Below are positions 28,411 to 38,097 of a DNA stretch of 64,000 bases, one piece after another. The DNA lies in assembly GCA_963846365.1 (NCBI GenBank), contig CAWJVN010000007.1, positions 400,025-464,024 on the forward strand, read 5' to 3'. The stretch comes from an uncultured Chloroflexia bacterium (GTDB lineage: Bacteria > Chloroflexota > Dormibacteria > Aeolococcales > Aeolococcaceae). A model generated the notes under the pieces. The model saw only the letters and a program-made list of their open reading frames with translations. It was not told the DNA's origin and did no database searches. The position numbers were made by a program, and so were the translations under genes. Every line of letters begins with the position of its first letter. The first letter of the stretch is position 1.

Positions 28411-29490
28411 TCAGGTGAGCAGCGGACGGCCCTGGAGGGCGCGGCGCTCGATGAGCCGGGGCAGGCCGCCCAGCCGCGGCCACAGCGGCGCATCCTGGCA
28501 GCGGAGGTGGCGCAGCACCTCGCCGTTCCAGCGGCGCTTGAACTCGAAGTAGCCGGCGCCGGCGGCGGTGGGGTCCTCGTGGTTGGGCACCCCCCACATG
28601 TCGTAGACCCCACAGCCCTGGTCCAGGCCCCACTCGATCGCCCGCCAGTGCAGCAGGTAGGTGGGCTGGAGGGCGGCGTGCTCCAGGGTGCTGCCGCCGA
28701 ACAGGTAGATCAGCCGTGGCCCGGCGGCGACGGCGACCATCCCCGAGACCGGGGTGCCCTCCACCCGGGCGATCAGAGTCGCCACCGCGCAGCTGCCCGG
28801 GAGATGCCGGAGCACGGCGCGGTGGTAGGCGAGGTCGCGGGCCACGAAGCCGTTGCGGCGCACCGTGGCCTCGAGCAGGGGATGGAAGAGGGCGGCGGCG
28901 CCGGGGTCGCGGTGAATCTCGATGCTCACCCCTCCCGCCTGGGCGCGCCGGATGTGCCGCCGGGTGCTCGCCTTCACCCGCTCCAGCACGGCGGCCGCGC
29001 CTCCGCGGAGGTCGACGACGTAGGTGAGGCGATGCTGGACGTCGTAGGCGCTGTCCCGCAGCCCGGCGGCGGCCCGGATCGCGGCGGCGTGGGGATCGTC
29101 CACCCCCCACTCCGGGTCGAGCTTCAGCACCAGGGCGCGGCGGCGGCGGGCGGTCCGTGCGGCCGCCTCGATCAGCGCCACCGCCGGGGTGACGCCCGCG
29201 GCCCCGCCGGCCACCGCGGGCCCCCGGGGCACGTAGCCGAAGCTGAGAATCCCGCCCGGTCCCGGCCGGGTGAGCAGGTGCAGCGCGCCGGCGAGCTCGC
29301 CGGCCGGGCCCTCGGCCACCAGCCGGTCCACCGCCCAGCCGTGCTCGCGCTTCAGCTCCGCCCACGCCCAGGTCTGGAGCAGGTTGCCACCGGCGGCGCC
29401 GAGCACGAACGCGTCCCAGCGCTCCCTGTCGCCGGGGATGGCGGCGCGGACGCGCGGGGCCGCCGGCACAGGGGCGATCAGGCGGGGCAT
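28411..29490 (-). CDS. FemAB-family peptidoglycan interpeptide-bridge aminoacyltransferase-like protein
   Basis: 360 aa; FemAB/MurM-like pattern (...QTWAWAELKREHGW...LIYLFGGSTLEHAALQPTYLLHWRAIEWG...GVYDMWGVP). Confidence 0.8.
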   Translation of the reverse strand: MPRLIAPVPAAPRVRAAIPGDRERWDAFVLGAAGGNLLQTWAWAELKREHGWAVDRLVAEGPAGELAGALHLLTRPGPGGILSFGYVPRGPAVAGGAAGVTPAVALIEAAARTARRRRALVLKLDPEWGVDDPHAAAIRAAAGLRDSAYDVQHRLTYVVDLRGGAAAVLERVKASTRRHIRRAQAGGVSIEIHRDPGAAALFHPLLEATVRRNGFVARDLAYHRAVLRHLPGSCAVATLIARVEGTPVSGMVAVAAGPRLIYLFGGSTLEHAALQPTYLLHWRAIEWGLDQGCGVYDMWGVPNHEDPTAAGAGYFEFKRRWNGEVLRHLRCQDAPLWPRLGGLPRLIERRALQGRPLLT

Positions 29491-29559
29491 CGCGCCATTA
29501 AACGGGGGTGGAGGGGGGCGGGCACGGGGCCGGTCACGGCGGCCTGTATCGTCCCCCCG

Positions 29560-30531
29560 GTGGACGCCAGCTCCCTGCTCACCTACGGCTTCGTCGCCGT
29601 GGTCGCCCTGGTGGCGCAGGCCGCCGAGCGGCGCGGCGTCGACCGCGAGGTGCCGGCGGCCCGGGGAACGCTGGCGATCCTCGACCTCGGCCGGGTGCTG
29701 GTGCTGTTCGTGGTGGTGTACGCGATGCTGCTGGGCGCCGTCGAGATCCTCGAGCGCGGCCACAGCGGCGGCAGCGTGGTCGACGGGGTCCTCACCATCG
29801 TCGCCGGCGCCGTCTCGCTGCTGCTGATGCTCAGCGGGTGGAGCCGCATCCCCGGCCTCCGTGGGCTGCGGCCGCGCGCCCCGATCTCCTGGCTCGCCCT
29901 CTCGCTGTTCCTCCTCGCCCTGGCCCACAACCTGGCTCCCACCTCCGGCTCCTCGTCGGTGGCGGCCACGGTCTCCAAACCCCAGACCACGAGCGACCTC
30001 GTCGCCGGGCAGGTGCCCTTCGTGATGCTCGCGGTCGCCTCGGTGGGGCCGGGGGTGCGCCGCAACCTCCGCGAGACCCTCGAGCGGCTCGGACTGCGGC
30101 CCCTGCGACCGTGGTGGTGGCTGCTCGGGATCGCCACCGGGATCGCGGTGGTCAAGGGCGGGAGCCACGTCTACGACCTGGTGAACTCGTTCACCCCCGC
30201 CGACTGCCGCCTCCAGCAGGAGCGCGTCTTCCAGCATCTCGCCGGGCCGGCGCGGCACTGGTACGGCCAGGTCGCCATCGGGGTCGCCGCCGGGACGGGG
30301 GAGGAGCTGCTCTTCCGCGGCGCGCTGCAGCCGCGGGTGGGCATCCTGGCGGCCTCACTCCTGTGGGCCAGCTTCCACCTCCAGTACACCTGCCACGGGC
30401 TTCCGTCGGCGTCGAACCTCTACATCCTGGTGCTGGGGCTGCTCTTCGGGGCGCTGCGGAAGTGGTTCGGCCTCGGCAGCGCGATCGCCGCGCACATCGC
30501 CTACGACACCACCATCCTGCTCGGGTTCTGA
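29560..30531 (+). CDS. CPBP-family (CAAX) intramembrane metalloprotease
   Basis: EELLFRG...FHLQY...AHIAYD motifs in a polytopic membrane protein; start approximate (GTG). Confidence 0.75.
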   Translation: MDASSLLTYGFVAVVALVAQAAERRGVDREVPAARGTLAILDLGRVLVLFVVVYAMLLGAVEILERGHSGGSVVDGVLTIVAGAVSLLLMLSGWSRIPGLRGLRPRAPISWLALSLFLLALAHNLAPTSGSSSVAATVSKPQTTSDLVAGQVPFVMLAVASVGPGVRRNLRETLERLGLRPLRPWWWLLGIATGIAVVKGGSHVYDLVNSFTPADCRLQQERVFQHLAGPARHWYGQVAIGVAAGTGEELLFRGALQPRVGILAASLLWASFHLQYTCHGLPSASNLYILVLGLLFGALRKWFGLGSAIAAHIAYDTTILLGF

Positions 30532-30861
30532 CCGGGGGATCCGGTAGGTCCGGCACATCGCGTCGAAGCGCCCCAGGGTGTGCTCGTCGAGGAGCCGGCG
30601 GTGGCGGTCGACGAGCGGGGCGAGCTCCTCGCGGAGGAAGCGCCCCCGCGCCATCCACTGGAAGTAGCTGCGGCCGCCGTGGTGATAGGGGCCGTAGAGG
30701 ACGCCGCCGGGGAAGGTGCGCTCCAGCCAGCGGAACAGGCCCTCGTGGCGGATGTGCATCCGCAGGGTCACCTGCGGCTGGCGGCCATCGCCGCCGAAGT
30801 GGCCCTCACCGGCGAGAACGCCGAGGAGGTAGCCCACCTCCAGATCGGGGACGTCGGCCAT
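30355..30861 (-). CDS. Small LAGLIDADG-like (homing-endonuclease fold) domain protein, divergent from parA; 3' extent uncertain
   Basis: MADVPDLEVGYLLGVLAGEGHFGGDG... matches the hydrophobic-LAG-hydrophobic-x-GDG-F core of LAGLIDADG motifs. The ORF overlaps the convergent CPBP 3' end, so the true stop may be a frameshift or shorter. Confidence 0.4.
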   Translation of the reverse strand: MADVPDLEVGYLLGVLAGEGHFGGDGRQPQVTLRMHIRHEGLFRWLERTFPGGVLYGPYHHGGRSYFQWMARGRFLREELAPLVDRHRRLLDEHTLGRFDAMCRTYRIPRSEPEQDGGVVGDVRGDRAAEAEPLPQRPEEQPQHQDVEVRRRRKPVAGVLEVEAGPQE

Positions 30862-30882
30862 GGGGAGAGTGTCGGTCTGTGC

Positions 30883-31017
30883 GTGTTTCACCGTCAAGTT
30901 TCCCGTGCAACCGGGCTGCCGGCGGGCTCGTGGTGTTTCACCGTCATGTTTCCCGTGGAACGTGACCCGCGGAGCGCACTCTCCAGGTTGTTTCACCGTC
31001 ATGTTTCCCGTGAAACC
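30883..31017 (+). repeat. Three composite parS-like direct repeats (about 27-30 bp each, 50-55 bp spacing) in the parA promoter region
   Basis: R1 GTGTTTCACCGTCAAGTTTCCCGTGCAACC (30883-30912), R2 GTGTTTCACCGTCATGTTTCCCGTGGAACG (30933-30962), R3 TTGTTTCACCGTCATGTTTCCCGTGAAACC (30988-31017). Each has a parS half-site TGTTTCAC followed by a near-consensus parS TGTTTCCCGTGAAACC (14/16 to TGTTTCACGTGAAACA in R3). Confidence 0.7.
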
Positions 31018-31094
31018 CCAGGTCCCCTCGTCCACAGCGCCCCCCCCTGATCTCGTCCCCGAACATGTGCGCTCGCCTCGTTCCCCGGGGCGCG

Positions 31095-31100
31095 CATAAT
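31095..31100 (+). promoter_or_regulatory. -10-like CATAATCGG element 9 nt upstream of the parA GTG (possible leaderless transcript)
   Basis: GCGCGCATAATCGGGGCGTCGTG; same ATAATCGG context upstream of lepB (TATAATCGGCGAGGTG at 32966-32981). Confidence 0.3.
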
Positions 31101-31109
31101 CGGGGCGTC

Positions 31110-31928
31110 GTGCCGACCAGGATCATCGCCGTCGCCAATCAGAAGGGTGGGGTCGGAAAGACGACCACGACGATCAACCTGGGCGTCGCCCTCGCCGACC
31201 TCGGTCACCGGGTCCTGATCGTCGACTGCGATCCGCAGGCGAACGCCACCTCCGGCCTGGGGGTGACCAAGGACGAGATCGACGCCAGCATCTACGACGT
31301 CGTCGTGCTCGGGCGTCCGCTGACCGACGCGCGGATCCCCACCATGGTCCCCAACCTCGACCTCATCCCCTCGACGATCGCGCTCGCCGGTGCCGAGATC
31401 GAGCTGGTTGGGCTGGCCCGCCGGGAGATGCGCCTGCGCTACGCCCTGGAGGCCCTCGACGGCCACAGCGACGACTACCTGCTCATCGACTGCCCGCCCA
31501 GCCTCGGCCTGCTCACCGTGAACGCGGTGGTCGCCGCCCACTCCCTGCTGGTCCCGATCCAGTGCGAGTACTACGCGCTCGAGGGCCTCGGGCTCATCAC
31601 CCACACCCTCGAGCTGCTCCGCCGCGAGCTCAACCCGACGCTGCTCATCGAGGGCATCGTCCTCACCCTGCACGACCCCCGTCTCACCCTCTCCACCCAG
31701 GTGGTGCAGGAGGTGCGCCGGCGGTTCCCCGCCGAGACCATGGACACGGTGGTGCCGCGCAACGTCCGGCTGAGCGAGGCGCCCAGCCACGGCCTGCCGA
31801 TCAGCCGCTACGACCCCACCTGCAAGGGGGCGGCGGCCTACGCGCAGCTCGCCGCCGAGCTCCACGAGCGCGTCCAGGGCATCACCCTGCCGCTGCCGGG
31901 CAGGGCCGCCGTCCAGGCGACGTGGTGA
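31110..31928 (+). CDS. parA: Chromosome partitioning ATPase ParA/Soj
   Basis: RIIAVANQKGGVGKTTTTINLGVALADLGHRVLIVDCDPQANATSGLG; GTG start preferred over the upstream ATG at 31065. Confidence 0.9.
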   Translation: MPTRIIAVANQKGGVGKTTTTINLGVALADLGHRVLIVDCDPQANATSGLGVTKDEIDASIYDVVVLGRPLTDARIPTMVPNLDLIPSTIALAGAEIELVGLARREMRLRYALEALDGHSDDYLLIDCPPSLGLLTVNAVVAAHSLLVPIQCEYYALEGLGLITHTLELLRRELNPTLLIEGIVLTLHDPRLTLSTQVVQEVRRRFPAETMDTVVPRNVRLSEAPSHGLPISRYDPTCKGAAAYAQLAAELHERVQGITLPLPGRAAVQATW

Positions 31929-32875
31929 GCGTCGACGGGGGCGGCTCGGGACCACGCCGGCGCGGGCTGGGCCGTGGCCTCGACGCCCTGCTCAGCAGCT
32001 CGGCACCTCCGCTGCCCGACACCACCGGTCTCCCCGCCGGCGACGACGAGGCGCGGCTGCTCGAGGTCGAGGTCGCCGCCATCCGGCCCAACCCGGAGCA
32101 GCCGCGGCGCGACTTCGACGCCGACGCCCTCTCCAGCCTCGCCGACTCCATCCGCGCCCACGGCCTGCTCCAGCCGATCGTGGTCGAGCGCGACGGCGCC
32201 GGCCTGCGCCTGGTGGCGGGCGAGCGCCGGCTCCGCGCCGCCGCCCTCGCCGGGCTCTCCCGCATCCCCGCGCTGGTGCGCCCGGCCACCCAGTCCGGCC
32301 GCGAGGCGCTCGAGCTCGCCCTGGTCGAGAACCTCCAGCGTGCCGACCTCTCGGCGCTCGACGAGGCGGCCGCCTACGCCCGGCTCGCCGACGCCTTCGG
32401 CCTCTCCCACGAGGCGATCGCGCTGCGGGTCGGTCGCAGCCGGGCGGCGGTCAGCAACACCGTCCGGCTCCTCGCCCTCCCCGCCGCGGTCCAGACCGCG
32501 CTCCGCGAGGGACGGCTGACCCCCGGCCACGCGCGCGCCCTCCTCGGCGCCCCCAGCGACACCGACCGGGTCGAGCTCGCCGAGGCGGTGGCGGCGCACG
32601 GGCTCTCGGTCCGGCAGGTCGAGTTCGAGGTGGGGCGCCGCGCCGCGATCGCCGCCGCGCTCCCCTCCACACCGACCGGCGGAGGCCGCCGGCCGGCGTC
32701 TCCCGCGGCGCCGCTCGGCCCCGACGACAGCCTGCTCGAACGCAGCCTCGAGGAGGCGCTGGGCACCCAGGTGCGCCTCCGCCGCCGCCGTCGCGGCGGC
32801 CAGGTCCTCATCGAGTTCTACGACGACGAGCAGCTCGACGGCCTCTACACCCGCCTCGGCGGGGCGCCACTCTGA
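31925..32875 (+). CDS. parB: Chromosome partitioning protein ParB/Spo0J
   Basis: LRLVAGERRLRAAALAGLSRIPALV... ParB box and HTH (LSHEAIALRVGRSRAAVSNTVRLL); GTG overlaps the parA stop. Confidence 0.9.
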   Translation: MSVDGGGSGPRRRGLGRGLDALLSSSAPPLPDTTGLPAGDDEARLLEVEVAAIRPNPEQPRRDFDADALSSLADSIRAHGLLQPIVVERDGAGLRLVAGERRLRAAALAGLSRIPALVRPATQSGREALELALVENLQRADLSALDEAAAYARLADAFGLSHEAIALRVGRSRAAVSNTVRLLALPAAVQTALREGRLTPGHARALLGAPSDTDRVELAEAVAAHGLSVRQVEFEVGRRAAIAAALPSTPTGGGRRPASPAAPLGPDDSLLERSLEEALGTQVRLRRRRRGGQVLIEFYDDEQLDGLYTRLGGAPL

Positions 32876-32978
32876 CCGCACGGCCCGGTCATCCCCGACA
32901 CGAACCGATGTTCGGCCGCCACGGTGTGCGCCGATCCCCCGTCCGGGTCGTCGACCCGCCGCCCATATAATCGGCGAG

Positions 32979-33749
32979 GTGTCTCAGGTAACCACCGACC
33001 CCCCGGAGGTGGAGGTGCCCTCCGCACCGCAGCCTCCCCGGCGCCGGTGGGAGAGCCGCAACCTCCTGCGCGACATCCTCGAGGTGCTCGCGCTGGCGTT
33101 CGCCCTCTACATCGTGATCGCGCTCGCCCTCCAGACCGTCCGCGTCGAGGGCGACAGCATGATCCCGACGCTGAGGAACAACGACCTCCTCTTCGCCGAC
33201 AAGCTCTCGTACCACCTCCACGCGCCGGACCGGGGCGACATCATCGTGCTCAAACCGCCCGACGAGCCCAACCGCGACTTCATCAAGCGGGTGGTCGGCC
33301 TTCCCGGCGACACCATCGAGATCGACGGCCACTATTCGGAGAACGGGCGCCAGCACGCGGCGGTGCTCATCCGGCCCGCCGGTGCCAGCGGCTTCCAGGT
33401 GCTCAGGGAGCCCTACCTCCCCGATCAGAACAAGGACCCGTGGGACGAGATGACGTTCTGCTGCGACTCCGGCGGCCGCGCCACCACCGAGCCTCAGCCG
33501 CTGGTGATCCCCAAGGACGACTACTTCGTGATGGGCGACAACCGCAACCGCTCCCGCAACTCGCGCTTCATCGGGCTGATCCCACGCAACAACGTCCTGG
33601 GACGGGCGTGGATCCGCATCTGGCCGCTCGGCCACCTCGGCTTCCTCGGCCAGGGGCCGTCGCTCGCAGCCGCGCTGCTGCCCCTGCCCCTGTTGGGTCT
33701 CCGCCGCCGCCGGCGCATGCTCGCCGCGCTGCGGCGGCGGGCCGGCTAG
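32979..33749 (+). CDS. lepB: Signal peptidase I (S26 family)
   Basis: [10 protein letters not shown]...GDIIVLKPP...[16 protein letters not shown]...[19 protein letters not shown]. Confidence 0.9.
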   Translation: MSQVTTDPPEVEVPSAPQPPRRRWESRNLLRDILEVLALAFALYIVIALALQTVRVEGDSMIPTLRNNDLLFADKLSYHLHAPDRGDIIVLKPPDEPNRDFIKRVVGLPGDTIEIDGHYSENGRQHAAVLIRPAGASGFQVLREPYLPDQNKDPWDEMTFCCDSGGRATTEPQPLVIPKDDYFVMGDNRNRSRNSRFIGLIPRNNVLGRAWIRIWPLGHLGFLGQGPSLAAALLPLPLLGLRRRRRMLAALRRRAG

Positions 33750-34207
33750 GCGCCCTCGACCACCCACCTCGACTGGGTCCGGTCCCAGTCGACGAGCTCG
33801 GACGGCTCGAAGAACAGCGCCACCTCCTCGGCGGCGCGCTCCGGCGAGTCGCTGCCGTGGATCACGTTCATCCCGAGGTCGACGGCGAGGTCGCCGCGGA
33901 TGGTCCCGGGCGGCGCGCCCGCCGGGTTGGTGGGGCCCATCATCGCCCGGACCATGGACACCGCCTTCGGCCCCTCCCAGACCATCGCCACCACCGGCGA
34001 GGAGGTGATGAACTCCACCAGGCCGGGGAAGAACCCCTTCTCGCGGTGCTCCCCGTAGTGCCGCCCGGCCAGAGCCTCGTCGATCCTCATCAGCTTCAGC
34101 GCCACCGGCTTGAGGCCGCGCCGCTCCAGACGGCCGATCAGCTCGCCGACCAGGCCGCGCTGCACCCCGTCGGGCTTGACCAGCACAAGGGTTCGCTCGA
34201 CCGTCAT
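33746..34207 (-). CDS. ndk: Nucleoside diphosphate kinase
   Basis: [29 protein letters not shown]...[16 protein letters not shown]; histidine-containing NVIHGSD motif. Confidence 0.9.
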   Translation of the reverse strand: MTVERTLVLVKPDGVQRGLVGELIGRLERRGLKPVALKLMRIDEALAGRHYGEHREKGFFPGLVEFITSSPVVAMVWEGPKAVSMVRAMMGPTNPAGAPPGTIRGDLAVDLGMNVIHGSDSPERAAEEVALFFEPSELVDWDRTQSRWVVEGA

Positions 34208-35541
34208 GATCCTGCCACGATTGTCATGAACTTCTCCGGGTCTCGGAAGGGGCCGATCACGGCACCGCGGAGGCCACCCTCGAGGATGCTCCCCGCCAGC
34301 CGCCGGACGTCCTCGGCGGTCACCGCCTCGATGCGCTCCACCACGGTCTCGGGAAGGAGGATCTCGCCGCCGAGCAGCTCCTGCTGACCCAGGTAGCTGC
34401 ACATCGAGTTGGTGCCCTCGAGGTGGAGCACCAGCCGGCCGTGGGCGTACTCGCGGGCACGGCCCAGCTCCTCCTCGTCGACCGGCTCCTCCGCGAGGCG
34501 GCGCAGCTCGGCCACCGCCGCGGCCAGGGCGGCACGGGCCTGGCGCGGCTCGCATCCGAGGTAGATCCCCAGCGCGCCGCTGTCGCTCAGCTTCACGGTG
34601 AACGAGTGGACGTCGTAGGCGAGGCCGCGATTCTCGCGCAGCTCCAGGAAGAGCCGGCTCGACATCCCCTCGCCGAGGACGATGTTGAGCACGTCGAGGG
34701 CGAAGCGGTCGGCGTCGCGATAGCCGGGCGCGCGGCCGCCGATGATCAGGTTCGCCTGCTCGGTGCGCCGGTTGACCAGCCGCACCTCGCCACGGGCGGG
34801 CGCGGGCTCGGCGGGCAGCATCGGAGGGCGCGCACCGGTGCCCCAGCCGCCCACCACCCCGGCGACCAGCTCCAGGGCCGACTCGTGCTCGATCGCGCCG
34901 GCGACGCTCACCACCACGCTGTCGGGGTGGTAGTGCTCGCCCAGGTAGCGCAGGCAGTCGTCGCGCTCGAAGCTCCGCACCGTCTCCTCGGTGCCGGCGA
35001 CATCGCGCCCCAGGGGATGGTCGGGCCACATCACCTCGTCGAAGAGGGTGCCCACGTACTCCTGGGGGTTGTCCAGGTACATGCGCAGCTCCTCGATCAC
35101 CACCTGCCGCTCCTTGGCGAGCTCGGTGGCGTCGAAGGTCGAGTGGAAGGCCATGTCGCCGAGCACCTCGACGGCGAGCGGGAACCGCTCCGCGGGCACC
35201 TTCGCCCAGAGCATCGTCAGCTCGCGGTCGGTTGCGGCGTTCAGCACCCCGCCGACGCCCTCGATCGCCTCGGAGAGCGACTTCGCGGTGGGATAGCGCC
35301 GGGCCCCCTTGAACAGCATGTGCTCGATGAAGTGGGACAGGCCGCCCCGCTCCGGCTCCTCGTAGCGGGAGCCGACTCCGAACATCAGCGAGAGCGACAC
35401 CGAGGCGCGCTCCCGCATCGGCGCGGTGATCACACGCACGCCGCTGGGCAGAAGGGTGAGGCGATACGCGCTCCCGGCGCCGGGCACGGGGCGGGAGTGT
35501 ACTCGACCGTGGCCTCCGGCGCCGTTCGACGCGCCCGTCAT
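34204..35541 (-). CDS. M16-family zinc peptidase (insulinase-like)
   Basis: Inverted zinc motif [10 protein letters not shown]; ATG overlaps the stop of the upstream lipoprotein gene. Confidence 0.85.
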   Translation of the reverse strand: MTGASNGAGGHGRVHSRPVPGAGSAYRLTLLPSGVRVITAPMRERASVSLSLMFGVGSRYEEPERGGLSHFIEHMLFKGARRYPTAKSLSEAIEGVGGVLNAATDRELTMLWAKVPAERFPLAVEVLGDMAFHSTFDATELAKERQVVIEELRMYLDNPQEYVGTLFDEVMWPDHPLGRDVAGTEETVRSFERDDCLRYLGEHYHPDSVVVSVAGAIEHESALELVAGVVGGWGTGARPPMLPAEPAPARGEVRLVNRRTEQANLIIGGRAPGYRDADRFALDVLNIVLGEGMSSRLFLELRENRGLAYDVHSFTVKLSDSGALGIYLGCEPRQARAALAAAVAELRRLAEEPVDEEELGRAREYAHGRLVLHLEGTNSMCSYLGQQELLGGEILLPETVVERIEAVTAEDVRRLAGSILEGGLRGAVIGPFRDPEKFMTIVAGS

Positions 35542-36125
35542 CAGTGCTCGCCCTCCGACTGACGCCGGGCGATCGCGATCGCGTCGCCCAGCCCGGTGCC
35601 GCCGAGGCGGCCGCGCACCGCCATCTCGTCGACCAGGTTGGCCACCCGCCAGAGCACCGTCACCTGCACCACCCGGGTGCCGTCGGGAGCAAGGGCGTTC
35701 TCGGTCACCGCGTGGGACTCGTCGCCGAGGTCGCCCGCCGAGACCGCGCCGGCACCGGGCCTGGCGTCGAGCTCGGCGGCCAGCCGGCGCATCGCATCGT
35801 GGGCGCCGCTCCCGGCACCGAACCCGGCGACGGTGGCGACAACGTCCAGCGGGCCGTTGGCGGTCGCCAGCTCGGGCACCTGGCGCACGTAGTGGGCGCT
35901 GGCGACCCCGGTGATGCCGGCGGCGCGCAGCGCGCTCTGCACCGCGGTCTGGCTCGAGAGCGCGGCGGCGTCGACCCGCTGCGGCCCCGGCGCGGCGATG
36001 AACCCCGCCGCCGGCAGGCGGTCGAGGGGCAGCACATAGCTCACCGGCGCGCCGTGGAGCACCACCGGCGCCGGCGCCGCCGCACCGCCTCCGCATCCCG
36101 CCAGCGCGCTGGCCGCCGCACCCAT
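35541..36125 (-). CDS. Putative lipoprotein (signal peptide [11 protein letters not shown]), hypothetical
   Basis: In-frame ATG (rc 36123-36125) gives a 194-aa product with lipobox LAGC. This is the 3' part of the 497-aa track ORF that also contains jag. Confidence 0.45.
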   Translation of the reverse strand: MGAAASALAGCGGGAAAPAPVVLHGAPVSYVLPLDRLPAAGFIAAPGPQRVDAAALSSQTAVQSALRAAGITGVASAHYVRQVPELATANGPLDVVATVAGFGAGSGAHDAMRRLAAELDARPGAGAVSAGDLGDESHAVTENALAPDGTRVVQVTVLWRVANLVDEMAVRGRLGGTGLGDAIAIARRQSEGEH

Positions 36126-36145
36126 GAGGCCCGCGCAGCGCAGCG

Positions 36146-36971
36146 CTACCGCGGCGGCGGCCCTCCCGGGCGGCTCGGGAACGGGCGCCCCGGGCCTCCA
36201 CGCGGCGGGCCACCGTAGCCACCGCCACCGCCACCGCCCCGGCGGTCGCCGAAGCCTCCGCGCATCGGCGGCCGCGGCCCACGGGGGATGCCGTGGAAGG
36301 TCGACTCCGGCGGCCCCCCCTGGGCGGGACCGGTGGGATGGATGGTCACCCGCCGGACCGGCTCCGCGCCGGCCGAACTCGGTGCGCACCCCCTCGTCGC
36401 CCTCCAGGGTGATGTGGATCACCCGGCGCTCGTACGCCTGCATCGGATCGAGGGTGTAGCGCTGGCCGGTGCGCTTCACCCGGTGGGCGATGCGCAGGGC
36501 GAGCTCGCGGACGTGCTCCTCGCGGCGGGCCCGGTAGCGCTCGACGTCGAGGATGAGGCGCCGGCCGTCGGCCTCGCCGTCGCCGGTCATCAGGTTCAGC
36601 ACGGTCTGGAGGGCGCGGAGATTCTCGCCGCGCCAGCCGATCAGCATGCCGAGGTCGTCGCCGCTGATGTCGAGGATCACCGGCTCGCGGCCGGCGTCGC
36701 TCTCCCGCACCGCGACGGCGCGCCGCACCGACACCCGGGCGGGGATCTCCATGCGGGTCAGCAGCTCCTCGAGCAGCCCCTTGGCACGGGCCGCGTACGG
36801 ATCGGCGGGCCGCACCCGCACCTTCGCCAGCGCGGACGAGATCCGCTCTCCGGCGACCGCCCTCGTCCCCTCGCTGAGCACCTCGACCTCGGCCGCCTCG
36901 CGGCCGATTCCGAGCTCGGCGAGCGCCGTGGCCACCGCCTCCTCGACGGTGTTCCCACTGGCCTCGACCAT
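36146..36971 (-). CDS. jag: Jag/SpoIIIJ-associated RNA-binding protein (Jag_N-KH-R3H); frame ambiguity at 3' end
   Basis: MVEASGNTVEEAVATALAELGIG...KH...R3H (ERRVIHITLEGDEGVRTEFG). The RG-rich tail (RGGFGDRRGGGGGGGYGGPPRGG) is in a different frame (36146-36349) from the R3H domain, implying a frameshift, sequencing error or fusion. Confidence 0.5.
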
Positions 36972-37056
36972 TCTCGCCGTGGACGCCGGCGCGTCCGTTC
37001 GCGTCTCGCTCACGCTCTCTCCACCACCAACCATCCCTCCGCCCGGCGGGGCCGCC

Positions 37057-38097
37057 TCAGCGACCGCGTCCCCGTCGGCGCACCGATCCCTGAGAAGCCC
37101 GCCCCGCTCCGCCCGGCGTCCGGCTGGTCACCGATCGCGGTGCTCGTCCATTGGTCGTGCCCCGGGGAGCCGTCGACGGCTTCGGCGGGGTCGCCGACCC
37201 GGCGCGCGGTGTGACCGGGCGCCTGGCCTGATCCTTGGCCGGCGTCGATCCCGCCGCCAGCGCGCGGCGCGGCGGGGCGCCGGCACCGCCGTCGGCCCGG
37301 TAGCTGAGCGAGGTCACCCGCCCGGCCCCCGGAAACCACGGTGGCACCTTCAGCCCGCCCCACCCGATCACCAGCCACTGCTGGACGATCATCACCAGGC
37401 TCTGGGTCAGCCAGTAGATCCCCAGGCCGACGGGCAGCTGGTACCCGAAGAGCAGGACCATGCCCGGCGCCAGGAAGAGCATGTTCTTGCTCAGGCTGTA
37501 CATCTTCAGCTCCTGCTCGGACATGTCCGCGCGAGGAGGCTGCATCATCATCTTGGCCTGCACGAAGCTGGCCAGGCCGGCGAGGACCGGCAGGATCATC
37601 ACCGACCAGTGGGTGGCGATCCCCTGGCCGAGGAGGTCCTTGGGGCTCTTGCTCACGTTCCCGATCCAGAGGAACCCGAGGCCCTGGTGCAGGTCCTTGG
37701 TGGCCGAGGTGATGCCCCGGTAGAGCCCGTAGAGGATGGGCATCTGGACCAGCAGGGGGAGGCAGCCGGTCAGGTTGCTGAAGGGGGAGATGCCGTGCTC
37801 TCGGTAGAGCTTCATCATCTCCTCGTTCAGCTTCTGGGGCTCCTTCTTGTACTTCTTGCGGAGCTCGGCAAGCTGCGGGGCGACCAGCCGCTGTTCCGCC
37901 TGGATGCGGCGCTGGGTGCGCACCTGCCAGCCGAAGACGGGGAAGAGGCCCATCCGGAGGCAGAGGGTCACCACCACGATGGCGAACCCGAAGGCGCTGC
38001 CCTTGATCAGGGTGAAGTTCAGGAACCAGTGGGTCAGGTGGGTCAGCGCCCACTCGATCGGCGGCCCCAGCGCGCTGAGGATGTCGAAGGGGTTCAC
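37057..38097 (-). CDS. yidC: Membrane protein insertase YidC/Oxa1 (short Gram-positive type)
   Basis: ...LIKGSAFGFAIVVVTLCLRMGLFPV...QMPILYGLYRG...; GTG start overlaps the yidD stop; Pro/Arg-rich C-terminal tail. Confidence 0.85.
   Translation of the reverse strand: MNPFDILSALGPPIEWALTHLTHWFLNFTLIKGSAFGFAIVVVTLCLRMGLFPVFGWQVRTQRRIQAEQRLVAPQLAELRKKYKKEPQKLNEEMMKLYREHGISPFSNLTGCLPLLVQMPILYGLYRGITSATKDLHQGLGFLWIGNVSKSPKDLLGQGIATHWSVMILPVLAGLASFVQAKMMMQPPRADMSEQELKMYSLSKNMLFLAPGMVLLFGYQLPVGLGIYWLTQSLVMIVQQWLVIGWGGLKVPPWFPGAGRVTSLSYRADGGAGAPPRRALAAGSTPAKDQARRPVTPRAGSATPPKPSTAPRGTTNGRAPRSVTSRTPGGAGRASQGSVRRRGRGR

Noticed and set aside
30883-31017. Possible mini-CRISPR array (three direct repeats with spacers)
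   Set aside because: Only three units, repeats are parS-derived with unequal spacers, no cas genes or leader; better explained as ParB-site cluster.
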